Shown: positions 1 through 13,730, numbered from the stretch's first letter. The stretch is DNA of 64,000 nt from Eledone cirrhosa (GCA_964016885.1 OZ024743.1:212660001-212724000), one strand, 5' to 3'. The notes: a model not told the origin generated them from the letters alone. Program-made: numbers and translations.

Positions 1-391
1 AGGGCTACTGACCTCCCAGACCACTGAAGGGTCTGTATCTCATTTACATATGGTCACATCGAGTGAAGAGGAGTTGTGTCTTTTGACACAAACCAAAGGG
101 TCCTTCTAATCCCTAGTTTGGCAAGCTTTCTACGGCCGGATGCTCTTCCTGTCACCAACTACCTTACAGTGTGTACTGGGTACTTTTATTGTGTAGATCA
201 CCAGCACTAGGGAGGCTGCCATCTCCTTGACAACTAAAGGATCCTCGCAACTCTTTGTTTGGTAAGCTTACTATAGCTGGATACCTTTCCTAACACCAAC
301 CACTTTAAAATGTGTACTGGTTGCTTTTAATGTCTAGGGAAGCTGTCATGTCCTTGACACAACTATTAATAAATCAATTGTCTGAAATAAT

Positions 392-611
392 TATTTCTTG
401 TATAGGCACAAGGCCAGTAATTTGAAGGGGAGGGGAAAGTCAATTAAATCGACCCCAGTGCATTACTGGTGCTTTATTTTATCGACCCCGTAAGGATGAA
501 AGACAAAGTTAACCTCGGCGGGATTTGAACTGAGACCGCAAAGAGCCGTAACTCTATACCTGCAAAGCTTGGTGTCCGACTCCCTACCGATACTGCCAAT
601 CCACCGCCCTT
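392..611 (-). mobile_element. tRNA-derived SINE, family A (Deu/Nin-like central domain)
   Basis: A/B boxes (TGGCAGTATCGG, GTTCAAATCC), core CTTTCATCCTTACGGGGTCGATAAAATAAAG, 16-bp TSD AATTGTCTGAAATAAT. Other copies: ~853-1029, 11318-11480, 31367-31748 (tandem pair), 44890-45050, 49577-49761, 52420-52570, 58750-58880, 62485-63440. Confidence 0.85.
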
Positions 612-717
612 AATTGTCTGAAATAATAACTTACTTCTTCCCTCGAGGGTAGTAGCGCACGTATTCACCAAAGTCATGAGCTGCTACAGAGAGAAACGTA
701 ACTTTTTGCTCAATGTT

Positions 718-790
718 GCTGTCTGATGAGATCACGAACATGGCTAAATAATCAAGTGACCATGATCGTCATTGAAATATGTATCACAGC
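718..790 (+). ncRNA. Type I hammerhead ribozyme
   Basis: GCTGT-CTGATGA-stem II (ACGAACATGG/CCATGATCGT)-GAAAT-ATGT-ATC-ACAGC; perfect 5-bp stem I. Confidence 0.78.
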
Positions 791-2658
791 TTTATTAATA
801 TAGGACTCTTTAACATCTACAACTTCGCATTTTCCTCATTCTAATTATACGCCATACGTTGCAGCATAGAGTTACGGCCCTTTACGATCTGAGTTCAAAT
901 CCCGCCGAGGTTAACTTTGCCTTTCATCCTTACGGGGTCGATAAAATAAAGTTCCAGTCACGCACTGGGGTCGATTTAATCGTCTTTCCCTTCCTCCAAA
1001 ATTGATGGTCTTGTGCCTATATAAGAAACCGTTGTAGTGACTAGCGCTATCTCTCCGGGGAACCAGACTATTTGGAGTTACTTCCCCGTGGCCAGTATAT
1101 AAGCGGGCGTTACGATGCCTCTCTCTCTCTCTCTTTTCTCCTTTTGGCCGCCTGCTTAGTAGGCCAGGCACGGCTACGCAAAGGTAGCTCTTAGCATCTT
1201 ATATATCTTTCGGTCGAGTTTTTCCGACCTGCAACACATCTGCTGAGGACTTATACCATAAGGCTCAGCTCAGGTGTATTCCAATCCTTTTTACAAGGAT
1301 TAACAAAGCAAGTCACAGGTATGTCATTTAACCATTGTAATACACACACGCACGAGCACACGAATAAAGAAAAACTACCTTCATATACATTTGAGAAGAC
1401 TTATCGTTGTTATTATTATATATATTATTTCCTGTCTGCATCTCATCATCTTGCTTCCTGCTTTCCTTACATATTCTTGTGTTCCTTCACTTATTAAATT
1501 ATTAAATTAGTAATTGGCATACAGTGTTATCTACTAGAGTAAATAACCTTATGACCAGTTCACTAAAGTGGTGACCCCGACGTGATGCGAACACACGACA
1601 TGAAAAAACACAAACAAACTCTTCTTTCGTTGCAGCAAACTCATCAACAATTTACAACCCGAAAGAACAAAAAATAAGGAACATGCAGACATACACAGAC
1701 ACCGAACACGTGTTGAACTTTTCGTTGGGACACACTTTCTTCGACCTAACGTGGAATTATGACACAAAAATTTCTCCGGCATTCTAGGACACAAATTTTC
1801 TTCGACAAACAACAAAAAAAGAAAACAAAAAAAAACAAAACAGTTTCTCCATCGAACAATAACATTTTTCTACACCTCACGTGTTGTATCACCTAAATGT
1901 GTCTCACCTTTTTCTCGCTTACTCGTTCAACCAAGTTTTTCCTTCTTCTTAATTCACATTCAGAGTGAGAATCAAGATGGCCGACAGCTGCCTTCTTTCA
2001 TTTTCGGCAGCCATCTTATCTTTCTCGTAATTTTCCCGCGCAAAAGAAATTTTTTCAATTTCAATTTTACCTTGTACCAGCACATGTGTAGTGCACAAAT
2101 CTCGATTTAAAGGGATACACACGTTTTGCTATTTCTTTTCAAGGATTTCATCAGCCCAAGCTATTTTTTATATTTGCCCGTAAAAAGATTTGCGACACTA
2201 CAATGTTGTACATTGGCGTTAGTTACTGTGCATTTATCTTGCATGCTCGTTTCAATGGTCGCAACTTCAACTGCAACTTCATCTGGACTTAAACAGATCA
2301 ACTTCAACCGCAACACTGACCATCAATTTTGGCTGTTATTTTTGACACTTTGCGCAACACATTTTCTGGGATATTCTAACTGTGAATGAGTTGTTTCCCT
2401 TGAAACAACTTCAAAAAGGCTATGCGAGACAACCAACGACAATTTCATCTTTGCTCTTCTCTCAACAACTTCGAACCAGCAGAACAACAAACAGAACTAA
2501 GAATCCTTCTTGCAGTCATTTTCCTGTGCGAAATTTCCACCATTCTCTTCGAAGGTCGGGAATTTCACGTTTTTCCACAGTACAGAAACAACCTGCTCTC
2601 AAATTCTCTTTGGGCATATACTTTTCCTACAGTTTCCCTGCTGCAATTGTGCAACATT

Positions 2659-4022
2659 CCTGTAAGATCTTCATCAGGCAGTGACGGTCCACAGAATCAA
2701 AGGCCTCCCTAAAGTAAATGAAAAACATGACCGCAGGAAGGTACTTTGCTCTAGCTCCCTCTAATATCCTCCTCAGCATCAGGATGTGACTGGTGGTTGA
2801 TCTTCCCTCTCTGAAGCCGTTCTGGTTGTCCCTGAGCTTCTTCTCCATCTCAGGCTGGATCCTGTTAAGAATCATCCTGTTGAGGGTCTTTGCCGCAAGT
2901 GACGTCAGTGAGATCCCCCGGTAGTTGTTGGTGTTAGAGAGATCTTCCTTCTTTGGCACTGGGACGTTGTTACTGATCCTCCACTGATTCGGGGCAATTC
3001 CTTTCTCCAGTGCTTGGTTACAGAGCCCCAGGATGATATCATCAAAATCACACCTCTTCATCACCTCTGATGCCAGTCCATCTTCTCCAAGAGCCTTGCC
3101 CTCCTTGATTTTCTTCTTGGCTCTCTGAAGCTCCTCTCTGGTGAAGGGCTCTGTCTCAATATCCAGTTCTTCAAACAGCCGCATAATCTCCCCAGTGCTC
3201 TGGGCTGTGGAGGGTGGCTCTCCTAGTAGGGTCCTAAAATGGTCTAGCCATTTCCTCTTCCTATCCTAGGGCCCTGTTCCCTGGATCTGACTCTAACACC
3301 TTCTCTTCCTCCCTGTGATCTCGTTGATGATCATCCAGCTCTCCTTACATCCAGATCTGTCAACCGCTTTCTCCACACTTCTGATCTTCTCTATCAGGCC
3401 TCCTCTCTGGCCTCAGTGTAAGTGGTACAGAGTTCTTCCCTCATCACCTCCACAGTCTCCATCCTCTCCTCCATAGGATCAGCATAGAATTGGTCCTTGG
3501 CAGCTTTCAGGTGTTCTCTGGCTGCACACAGTTGAGATCGGTGTGGAAGTCGGACCTTCGTAAAGACCTGAAGATCCGCCTCTTCATTGCTGTAATGGAG
3601 TCTGTGCTGCTGTATGGGTCTGAGACTTGGACACTGACCAAGAAACTCACTCAGATGGTGGATGGGTGCTACACGAGAATGCTGAGGATGGCTCTGAACA
3701 TTAATCAGTATAAACTGAGGATGAAAAACTCAGAGCTGTATGGGAGCCTCCCAAAAGTCAGCTCAAAAGTGACACAGAGGAGACAGAGGTTAGCTGGACA
3801 TACTCACCGACATCCAGAGTTGACATTGCACTCAATGCTCCTGTGGGAGCCCCTACATGGACACACTGGAAGAGGAAGACCAAGGTGAACGTATATTGAT
3901 GCCCTAAGGACAGACACTGGTCTGTTGGAGACGCAGGACATGGCAGCGATAATGAGGGACAGAGACCGCTGGAGAGAGCTCGTCCATGGATCTCGGGAAT
4001 TTTACCCGCCCTAGAAAAAAAA
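2659..4022. mobile_element. RTE-clade LINE with inverted 5' part
   Basis: 2659-3490 on minus encodes RT N-half (NYRGISL, QNGFR, AFDSV). 3495-4022 on plus encodes the C-terminus (LLYGSETWTL, RLAGH) and ends in an A-run. Confidence 0.88.
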
Positions 4023-4138
4023 TATCTGTAGTACCGGAGTATCTCTCGATGCAGATATGTAGTACTCTACCCGGAGCGATCTCAGAGCTACGCTCCCTAT
4101 CAATTATGTGTCCATATAGAAAATTACTCCTACACATA

Positions 4139-4332
4139 CGAGGGTCGGCTGAAAAGTTCATAGGCTGACTAATATACTCTCACGGAATGACCAAATGAGA
4201 TTTTATTTTTCATCATAATCTGGAAAGAAACAATGCAGTTATTAATAAGTGTTGAAATTAATGTATGCAATATTTCACAGCTCTAGTATCACTCCTTCAT
4301 AATCAGCCGATGAACTTTTCACCCGACTCTCG
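4139..4332. mobile_element. Mariner-type MITE
   Basis: ~28-bp TIRs CGAGGGTCGGCTGAAAAGTTCATAGGCTGA / TCAGCCGATGAACTTTTCACCCGACTCTCG with TA on both sides. Confidence 0.85.
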
Positions 4333-4439
4333 TATAGTATGACAAACTATAGTATGCTAATCTGACTAAAAACATAGCATATCATTGTTTAAGAATATTA
4401 TCAGTTTCTTATTGATGTTTATTCTCTGCTAACACTTTA

Positions 4440-4501
<62 letters not shown>

Positions 4502-4502
<1 letters not shown>

Positions 4503-5025
4503 CTACCAGAAGTACCCGGCGTAGCTCGGGTATTAAATAGCAGTTGTGTATACCATTTATGTCAATACTTCAGTGCTGCTTCGAAAACTATACTTTTACA
4601 AAATCATCGGCTTTTTCCAAAAGGGGGTTCCTGCCCCCAGGGTCCCCTACTCAATATGTGCTAATTCTGAGAGTTAATATTCATCTGTAGGACAAACGTA
4701 GCCCATGTGTCAAGTTTTGTGAAAATCGGTTGCGAACTCCAGAAGTTATGACGTTTTGTTGCATTGCACTGCAGTGCTTCAGTCGACTCCAAGGAAGTGG
4801 TTAAAGGGGGTTATCTGCCGGGCGGCCCTATCATTAATATCTGGAAAAATGAAAGTGCCCATGACCATCCGGAGTACATAAGTAACTTATGTCTTAAGTT
4901 TGGTGAAAATACTGTAAAAATGCATAAGGTTTATGCGCGCGCGTGTGTGTGTGTGTGGGGGGGGGGGTGTATGTATTTGTGTGTGCGTATGTATGTGTAT
5001 GTCCGTCGGGGCATATGTATGTACT
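4502..5025 (-). mobile_element. Helitron-like fragment
   Basis: Terminal hairpin TACCCGAGCTACGCCGGGTA; AAGTTT..TGAAAATCGGT subrepeats as in 55904-56924. Confidence 0.5.
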
Positions 5026-5531
5026 GGCCTAAATCTTCACTATTTACTTTTACTATTTTAATAACCTCTGTCATTTTCGTTTTCAATTTTATTTACATCA
5101 TTCTTAAACTCTGGGGCTGGAAATCATTCTGTTATTTTAAATAGAATATTAGTCTAACGACTCCATTTATACCATATACTTGGTCTTGTCTTTACATGAA
5201 ATTGTTCTTCTTGCTCCACATAACGACGTATTATCCTCGCTTTTTTTCGTTCATCGCCAGGAACGTCTTGAACCAAAATATCGTCTTCCTGTTTTCCTTC
5301 GGTTGCAACGTTTCTCTAAGTATTTACTTCTACGTTCACAGATTACTCTCAGTTCAATTTGAATGGGAAATTCCTGTTTCATCGATTTTCTCTGTAACCA
5401 TGGAAGCTTGTAGCTTGAAAGTCGACCCAACGCCTCTTCGCGTCATTCTGCATAACCGTTTCGACGTTTATCCGACTACACCTACATATACAACGTCCGA
5501 CCACTTCCAATTTATATAGTAGATTTATATA

Positions 5532-5661
<130 letters not shown>

Positions 5662-5890
5662 TAATTTATTAAAATAACAGATTAAATATATGTAATGTAG
5701 TCTTTTCTATCTCTTTACTGATAGCTATATATAGAGATAACTGTGTAATTATTGACATCTGTTCTATTTTATTTAAGAAACAGAGTACAGCAGATGCTAA
5801 AGGTTTGGGGCAGATCTTACTGCTACCTCTAGCAGTAAGATTGAACCACCAAATATAAGCTCCCTTGTTTGCCCGTATGTACGTGTATGT

Positions 5891-5944
<54 letters not shown>

Positions 5945-6222
5945 ATTATGTATATGTGGGTGTGTGTTTGTATGTGTACATACATATAAACAGGGCCTCA
6001 TAGAGACATTTTGCAAGGCGGTACAAGACCCCTTTGGGGCCCGAAGCATGCAAATATTTTTCTCAAAATGATTGTTGCATGGTTGCTATGATGCCTTCTT
6101 AGCTCTTGGGTCCCGGAACAAAGTACCGGCTCTACCCCCTCCTCTCATAGGCTCAGTATTAATATATACACAAATACATGCATACTTGCACAACACACAC
6201 ATACATATATATATATACGCTT

Positions 6223-6296
<74 letters not shown>

Positions 6297-6317
6297 GTAC
6301 ATACATACGTACACATA

Positions 6318-6790
6318 TGATGGCTGCAAACTCTGCTAAGAGTATTGCAATTGCTTGTCAGATTACAGAAAATGGTGCACTTTTAGGCCACACCCAGCCA
6401 CACGAACCTGTAACAGATCCTGATCAAGCAAAGCCTGTGCTTTGAAGGTTTTTAAGTGGGGAAAAGGCCTTGCACTCGATCAATCCCACTCTCTGAGCAT
6501 CGAAAACACTATCCGATAAGGCAAACTGGTCAACATCATCGGATGCTTCCGAAGCCTCAGGTTTTTTTTCAGAGTTTCCCTCTCCTAGAAAGGTGTTGTG
6601 ACAACAACTGGCGGCTTTTCACTCCCAGGTGGAAAAAAATACTATTTGGATGGCCGTTGACTCTGCTGAGTTCCTCCCCAGGGTGTCCAAATATCGCCCT
6701 CCTCACCAAGCAAGCTTGGTGGGTTTGCCGGTTTAGTCGGCGACGATCCGACCATGAGACAGGTTCTACGGGGTTACATGTTACCACTAG
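6318..6790 (-). mobile_element. Related (TATG)n-associated element
   Basis: Homologous ends to 13773-14383; flanked by CATA repeats. Confidence 0.6.
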
Positions 6791-7195
6791 CATACATACA
6801 TACGGTGTTGAAGGTGTGTAAGTTCATTTGGCCAGGTGATGACCAAGAGTTATTTTGTCTCGTTCAAGCTACCGTCTGTGTGTCCTCTATCTGCCAATGT
6901 ATGGCCCTCATTTGTCCCTTTCTGTATTTTGTCAGTGTTTCTGTTGTGTGTTGTGTCACAACACACGACACAAAAAAAAACAAAAAAAACAAGATGATGT
7001 AGAACAAAGGAGAGACACAAAATAAAATCTCAGTCACTGAGGAGGTCACAGAATGTGTGACGAAAGACCTTTGACAATATATAAACAACCATCCGGTGAC
7101 CGAACCAACCAACCGGAAATTTATAATAAATTGAAGTGAAAACCAACAGGAGCGTGTGTTTTTATTGGCACCATGACTATCCCCAAATTACAACA

Positions 7196-7290
<95 letters not shown>

Positions 7291-7304
7291 TATATATATT
7301 TATA

Positions 7305-10232
7305 TAATGTAGGAGGTGAGTTTTATTGTAGTACAATAAAGCAATGCAGATATCGGATAAGAAGCACTCTACAGTTTGTAGGACTGGAGTATACATAATA
7401 TATAAGATCAAAAGATGGTTAAAGGAGTTCCATGTATTTTATTATGCGCATTTCAAAAAAAAACATCATCATGCAATAATATTTGTGTTTTCATCAGATA
7501 AAACAGGAGAACATGATATGAAGGCTAAAAAACACTTGTGGATAGTGCAGTTTTAAATCAACATATGAAAAGTGGTTTTAGATTGATGTGTGATATTGGG
7601 AAAAATATTTTATTTAGAGAGGGGGGGGGGGGTGGAAAGGATGAAAAAGGGGAGGAGATGAGAGTGAAGGTGGAGAGGGAGAGATGGGTGATAGAGAGAA
7701 AGAGATAGTTTTTATAACTGAGAGAAGATATATTGTTTTACATAGAGAGGTTGAAAACCGTTGGAAGATAATGTATAAATTAAAAGAATTTGAAAATTAA
7801 CGAAGGGAAAAATATGTACGAGGAAAAAATATTTTATTTAGGGAGGGGGGTGGGGTGGAAAGGATGAAAAAAGGGGAGGAGATGAGAGTGAAGGTGGAGA
7901 GGGAGAGATGGGTGATAGAGAGAAAGAGATAGTTTTTATAACTGAGAAAAGATATATTGTTTTACATAGAGAGGTTGAGAACCGTTGGAAGATAATATAT
8001 AAATTAAAAGAATTTGAAAATTAACGAAGGGAAAAATATGTACGAGGAAAGAGAGGGAGTTGATATGTATGAAGATAGAGAGAAAAAATAATAATTGCGG
8101 ATGAATATTCTAACGTCAAAAAGGTGTATGTTTAAAAGTATTGTGGCAATTTCAAAATTAACGAAGAGAAAAAATTATTAAGGTTTGTGTGTAGAAGGAT
8201 TTGAGAAAAATAATGTGAAGTTAAAGTTTGTATATTGAAGGAATTGATAATATGTGCGAAGAAAGAGTTAATATGTATTAAAAAATTATTAAGGTTTGTG
8301 TATTAGATGATTTGAGAAAAATAATGTGAAGTTAAGGTTTGTATATTGAAGGAATTGATAATATGTGCGAAGAAAGAGTTAATATGTATTAAGAATGAGT
8401 TCGTTGATGGGGAGAAAAAAATAATAAATTAAGGATGAAATTGAGATTAAAAAGTTTTATGATAGAGAGAAAAAATAATAATAATTGCGGATGAATATTC
8501 TAACGTCAAAAAAACAAATGTATATGTTATGAAGGATTTTACAAGGTGAAGATAGAATGAGGGTAATGAGTAAACAAGTATTATAGAGTGTATAATGCCC
8601 TATGAAGTAAGGTAGGAAGATGTGTATATTTTAAAGAGGTGTATGTATATGTGCCTGCGAGAAAAGATTCTAAATTGATAAAGAATTGAATATTAGCTGT
8701 ATACTTTGTGAAAAGTCCTATGGAATTTATGCAGGCAGATAGAAAACAAATCTGTACGTCTATTTATTATAGAATCTAGATTAGAGATAATGGTAAATTT
8801 TTCATTTAGGCAGAGATTACAGATTTTAGATAGAGAGCTGTTCAAGTATGAGGACGCAGAAGAAACCTTCTTCCAAAAGATGGTATATTTAATGTTTTTG
8901 TCTTTCAAGGACCATATGAGTTCTGAGAGAGCCGTGTTGGTTCTTTTAAGTTTGTATTTAAAACATGAATGATGATTATAGAGACGAGCTTTAAAAGAGG
9001 TGGAAGTGGAGCCAAAATAGGTGAAGGAATTGGTGCTAGTTATAACTTTACATTCATAAATTAAGTTTTTATCAAGACAATGGTTGTTGAGAGGACATTT
9101 ATTTTTAATGCGGCAGTTGCAATTAGAGAGATTATTAATGAGTGACCTAGTGTTATCTATAGAAGGAATTGGATTGGAGAAGTTGTTTGCGATAGGAATA
9201 ATAGGAATAATAGTTTCTTGATTTAGAGTTGGATTATGAACATTTAGCGAAGTTGTGTTTGACGTTGTATTTGGGTTTACAGAAGTTAGCCTAGGGTTTA
9301 CAATGACGTCGGGAGTACGATTACTGTTATTATGAAATTCAATGTTGGAAGGAAGAGATTTAGTATTTAGTATTTTATTGTTGTGTTTAGAGATGATGTT
9401 GGAAATATTGGAGGATGTAGAATAAGAAAATTTGATGGTGTGTTTGTTAAATATTTTACTATAGATATGTGAGGGAGGGAAGCATTTATTTAAGGCACTA
9501 AAAAATAATTTAGGAATATTGTTATTAATAGAGATGGAGAAAGGAGCATTATACCAGATTATGTTTTTGTATCTAGGTCTTTTATTAAAATTATTGGAAT
9601 GGTTATGATTAATTATTCTACTGTAAGTTTTCCTAGAATTTGTTTCTTTATTATATTTGATTTTGTCTGGATAGCCGGCTTTAGAAAGTGCGTTATTATA
9701 GTAATTGGCGTTAGCATCAAAGATGTTTTTATTAGAAGATATGTTAGATATTCTATTTCCAATATTACTAACTATAGCATTCTTGATATTGGTAGGATGG
9801 TTAGATTTAAAGTTAACATAATTTAGGTTCTCATTGTTTTTATGGTAAGGGTAATATAGGCCAGTGTCAAGATTAAGAGATACATCCAAGAAATTAGCTA
9901 GTTTGATACTATTATCAAATTCAATTTTTAGGTTATGTTGGTTAAAGAGATTACGTATATTGTTCTTAATAATATTAAGGTTAACTATATTGCAATTTAA
10001 GATAGTAAAGAGTCCATCGTCACGATAAATTCCACCGCGAAGTTGAGGAATTTTCCGACTCAAAGAGTTCAAAATAAAGATACCAATTAAATCAGTCAAT
10101 TGGGATGAATCGGATGCTCCCATTGTGATGTCGAAGTTGTTAGAGGTATCGGCTCTGGTCCAATATTCATTGTTGAACTCTAGGATGGTTTTACGTGCGG
10201 TGAGGATGATGTGAAGTTCATCTGTGGTGATG
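7305..10232 (-). mobile_element. Penelope-like element, 5'-truncated (RT C-half + GIY-YIG, long 3' UTR, hammerhead)
   Basis: Open frame 8693-~10230: ITMGASDS, GIYRDD, NFLDV, CNC...CPL...CL, LIY...YFG (GIY-YIG), CNLC...CLH. The 3' UTR has ~225-bp and ~110-bp tandem duplications. The terminal segment recurs at 11182-11315. Confidence 0.92.
7436..7504 (-). ncRNA. Minimal type I hammerhead ribozyme at PLE 3' end
   Basis: GTTTTAT-CTGATGA-AAACA..TGTTT-GAAAT-GCGC-ATA-ATAAAAT; palindromic loop III. Confidence 0.8.
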
Positions 10233-10277
10233 TATATATATATATATATATATATGTTGTTATAATTTATATCTATA

Positions 10278-10357
10278 TGTTGGAGACGCAGGACATGGCA
10301 GCGATAATGAGGGACAAAGACCGCTGGAGAGAACTCGTACATGGATTTCGGGAATTT

Positions 10358-10362
<5 letters not shown>
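10278..10362 (+). mobile_element. RTE 3'-end fragment
   Basis: Matches 3923-4006; embedded in (TA)n. Confidence 0.8.
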
Positions 10363-10419
<57 letters not shown>

Positions 10420-10432
10420 TGTATATATATAT

Positions 10433-10588
10433 AGGAAATTGTTCAAGACCCCGGCGGCAGAGCTCAAGCCGTTTCGACGGCTATTTCTGGACCAATAGGT
10501 CCAATAGGTAATAACCCACTCTACTACCCTAAGTATTGAGTACTCTGGTGAGTTATAGTCCACCTGGTTCCTTACCACACTTCCTTCG

Positions 10589-10627
<39 letters not shown>

Positions 10628-10807
10628 AAAATGTTCAAGACCCCGACGGCAGGGGTCAAGCCGTTTCGACGGCTATTTCGAAATAGCCGTCGAAACGGCT
10701 TGAGCTCTGCGGTCGGGTTCTTGAACATTTTCCTATTACCCACTCTACTAAGTATTGAGTACTCTGATGCGTTATGGTCCACCTGGTTCCTTACCACACT
10801 TCCTTTG

Positions 10808-10810
<3 letters not shown>
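10433..10810 (+). mobile_element. Two tandem copies of a ~190-bp palindrome-plus-tail element in (TA)n
   Basis: Arm CAAGCCGTTTCGACGGCTA and shared tail ACCCACTCTACTA...GTATTGAGTAC...CCTTACCACACTTCCTT. The first copy lacks the right arm. Confidence 0.8.
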
Positions 10811-10897
<87 letters not shown>

Positions 10898-10957
10898 TAA
10901 CCTAATATATATTCCTTTCATATGCTGTACCGATTGTGTTGTTATTTCTGTTTACCT

Positions 10958-10989
<32 letters not shown>

Positions 10990-11003
10990 CATACATACAT
11001 ACA

Positions 11004-11078
<75 letters not shown>

Positions 11079-11485
11079 AGTTATTCCGGGTTGAATCGGA
11101 GGTAATCACAGTAAGTAAGGTACTCAATACATAGCAGAGTATAAAAGTTTTAATATAGAATCTCATCTATCTCTATATATATGTAGGAGGTGACTTTTAT
11201 TGTTGTACAATAAAGCAATGCAGATATCGGATAAGTAGCACTCTACAGTTTGTAGGACTGGAGTATAAATAATATAAGATCAACAGATGGAACTCTTTTA
11301 ACCATCTTTTGATCTCAGAGGGTCGGACGCAATGCTTTCCAAAATAGTTACGTCCCTTTACGATCTGAGTTCAAATCCCGCCGAGGTTGACTTTGCCTTT
11401 CATCCTTACGGGGTCGATAAAATAAAGTACCAGTAATGCACTGGGTAATTGCTGGCCTTGTGCCTAAAGTAGAAACAATTATCTA

Positions 11486-11565
<80 letters not shown>

Positions 11566-12117
11566 ATATATATACAGTCTCCTTCTGTTTGCAACAAGTC
11601 CTAACTCTGATTAATTATTTGAAAATAATGTAAAACAAAGTAAACCCTGCCCAATTTTACAAATACGTATCTAAATACATTTTACAGTTAAAATACACTG
11701 AAATACAAAACAATTCTAAAGAAATTACGATGCACGCAACTAATACAATGAAACATGAAATGACAGGCACTCCTGCGACATTCTATATTATGTTATATAA
11801 TGCTGTCATTTAGCGAAAATTGATAACAAAAATATAATTGGGAGGGTCTAGATAAACAATATGATTATCTATTTATCTTACATGACAGAAGGCATGTTTT
11901 AGCCTATAAAAACGCTACATCCTCCAGATCGGCATATTTCTGTTTCAGTAACTGACACATCGTCTGTTCTACACTGTTAGGTTATTTATCGTACTCTTCA
12001 GACCCGATGTTATATAATGCTGTCATTGATATTTTTACTCTCTGCTGTTTTGCTGGTGAACACTATTCAGGTAGGATACATTTCTTGGTCTTATTAATTT
12101 ATATACTGTCCGGTTAC

Positions 12118-12364
12118 CAGGGTTGGATTTAGATCTCGAGGGGCCCGAGGCACTTCAGGATAAGGGGCACCCTCATACAGAAAAAAAATGAGAGAACACA
12201 GCAAATTCCCCAATTTTACATATCAAAGTTACATTGGCGCAAATAATTGGAATTGAAAGGTTATACTTACAGGTATTAAATTCAAAAATTCTAACCATCT
12301 TAAAACTAAAGGGGGCCCAGGGCAATGGTCCCATTTGCCCCACTCCCCATTAAATCCGGCCCTA
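12118..12364. mobile_element. hAT-type MITE
   Basis: TIRs CAGGGTTGGATTTA / TAAATCCGGCCCTA; 8-bp TSD CCGGTTAC. Confidence 0.85.
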
Positions 12365-12540
12365 CCGGTTACGTAAGCCGAGTTTGAGAAGATGGGTCGT
12401 CCGCGTTTGGTTTGCCGAATTTGGAGGGTGAGTATGGTTTGGTTTGACATGAGTCATGAGTACAGGTTGGCGTTCAACTTAGGGTGTTTGATGAGGATTT
12501 GTGGACTGATTGATTAATTACATGTATACACACGCACGCA

Positions 12541-12588
<48 letters not shown>

Positions 12589-12589
12589 A

Positions 12590-12637
<48 letters not shown>

Positions 12638-13139
12638 AATATATAGATTAGGCTGTTTCATATTTATAGGGAAAACGTTTTTGTTGGAATAATCTCGTCG
12701 ATTGCGCCCTGAATCCATTTTACATAAAAGCTACAGGTGAAGAACCGAGAAGATACGGATATATTTAGGGGTTGTACAGTTTGGTGCTTTTTGAATGCTA
12801 TGCCAAAATAAATAAAAAAAAACTTTCTTCAGTATTTGTTGATTGTAGCTAGGTTCCCCTACACCAACACCATCATCACCATCATCTACAACTATACAAC
12901 TATCATCACCCAAACCACCAACATCATGACAAGTGCTCTTGTGTTTTCTCTACCATCACGTGAAACTCAGGGACAAAATTTCAGTTGCCGTAAAAAACAC
13001 TTGCCAGAAGATCTAAGAAGTGTGAGGAAAAACAAATATCCCTACCAAAGCAGAAAAAAACAAACAAACATAAGGAGTGAAAAAAGAAAAGTCAAGAAGA
13101 CAGACACTGGCTAGTCCTTACTGGGATGGAAAATTATTA

Positions 13140-13695
13140 CCATCGGCTTTCCGATCCAGCACTCACGAAGATTGGATTGCAGTCTTAATTACAGAAAAAG
13201 GAAAGAGGGAGCTCTTACAGATGGAACCGGACAACAAGTCGCTGAAATCGTTTTGAAGGAAATTCAACGACTTAAAATTGAGGATAGAATAATTGGTATG
13301 TCCTTCAACACAACCGTCAGTAACACCAGCATGCACCAAGGAGCCAATACGAAAATTGAAGCAGCTCTGACAAAATACCTTTTGTGGCTGGCTTACCACT
13401 ATCACATTCTTGAACTGGTTTTGAAGAAAGTCTGAGATCTTTTGCTCATCATCTGGTCCCGGTATCCCACTGTTCAAAAGGTTCCAGGATCGTTGGGTCT
13501 CAATAGATAAGTCTCATCAAACTATCCTGGACGATGATAAACTCGTGGAAGATTTTTACAAGCAAACCAGGGAGGGGATGGTTGAATATCTACTGACTGT
13601 ATGCTTTCTGGAGGTCATCCCCGAGAAGACCATCTTGGAAGTTGGCCATGTTCCCAATTCTCCTTCTCGGTCTCAGGAGCTTACCACCAGGCTCG
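13140..13695 (+). pseudogene. hAT-related (hATm-like) transposase fragment
   Basis: DGTG..IIGMSFNTTVSNT..GA..LLWLAYHYHILELVLK, a decayed form of the DTTxxNTG / LACRHH motifs. Confidence 0.65.
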
Positions 13696-13699
13696 TTGG

Positions 13700-13730
<31 letters not shown>

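Noticed and set aside
1240-1325. Possible first exon of the protease gene (CAG|GTATGT donor)
   Set aside because: No signal-peptide ORF or other support; 43 kb from exon A.
10232-10342. N-terminal ~40 aa of the 549-aa ORF
   Set aside because: Chance read-through of an antisense RTE tail and (TA)n; not part of the PLE protein.
11925-12010. Hammerhead on the minus strand (CTGAAGA...GAAAT)
   Set aside because: No convincing NUH triplet or stem I; too degenerate to call.
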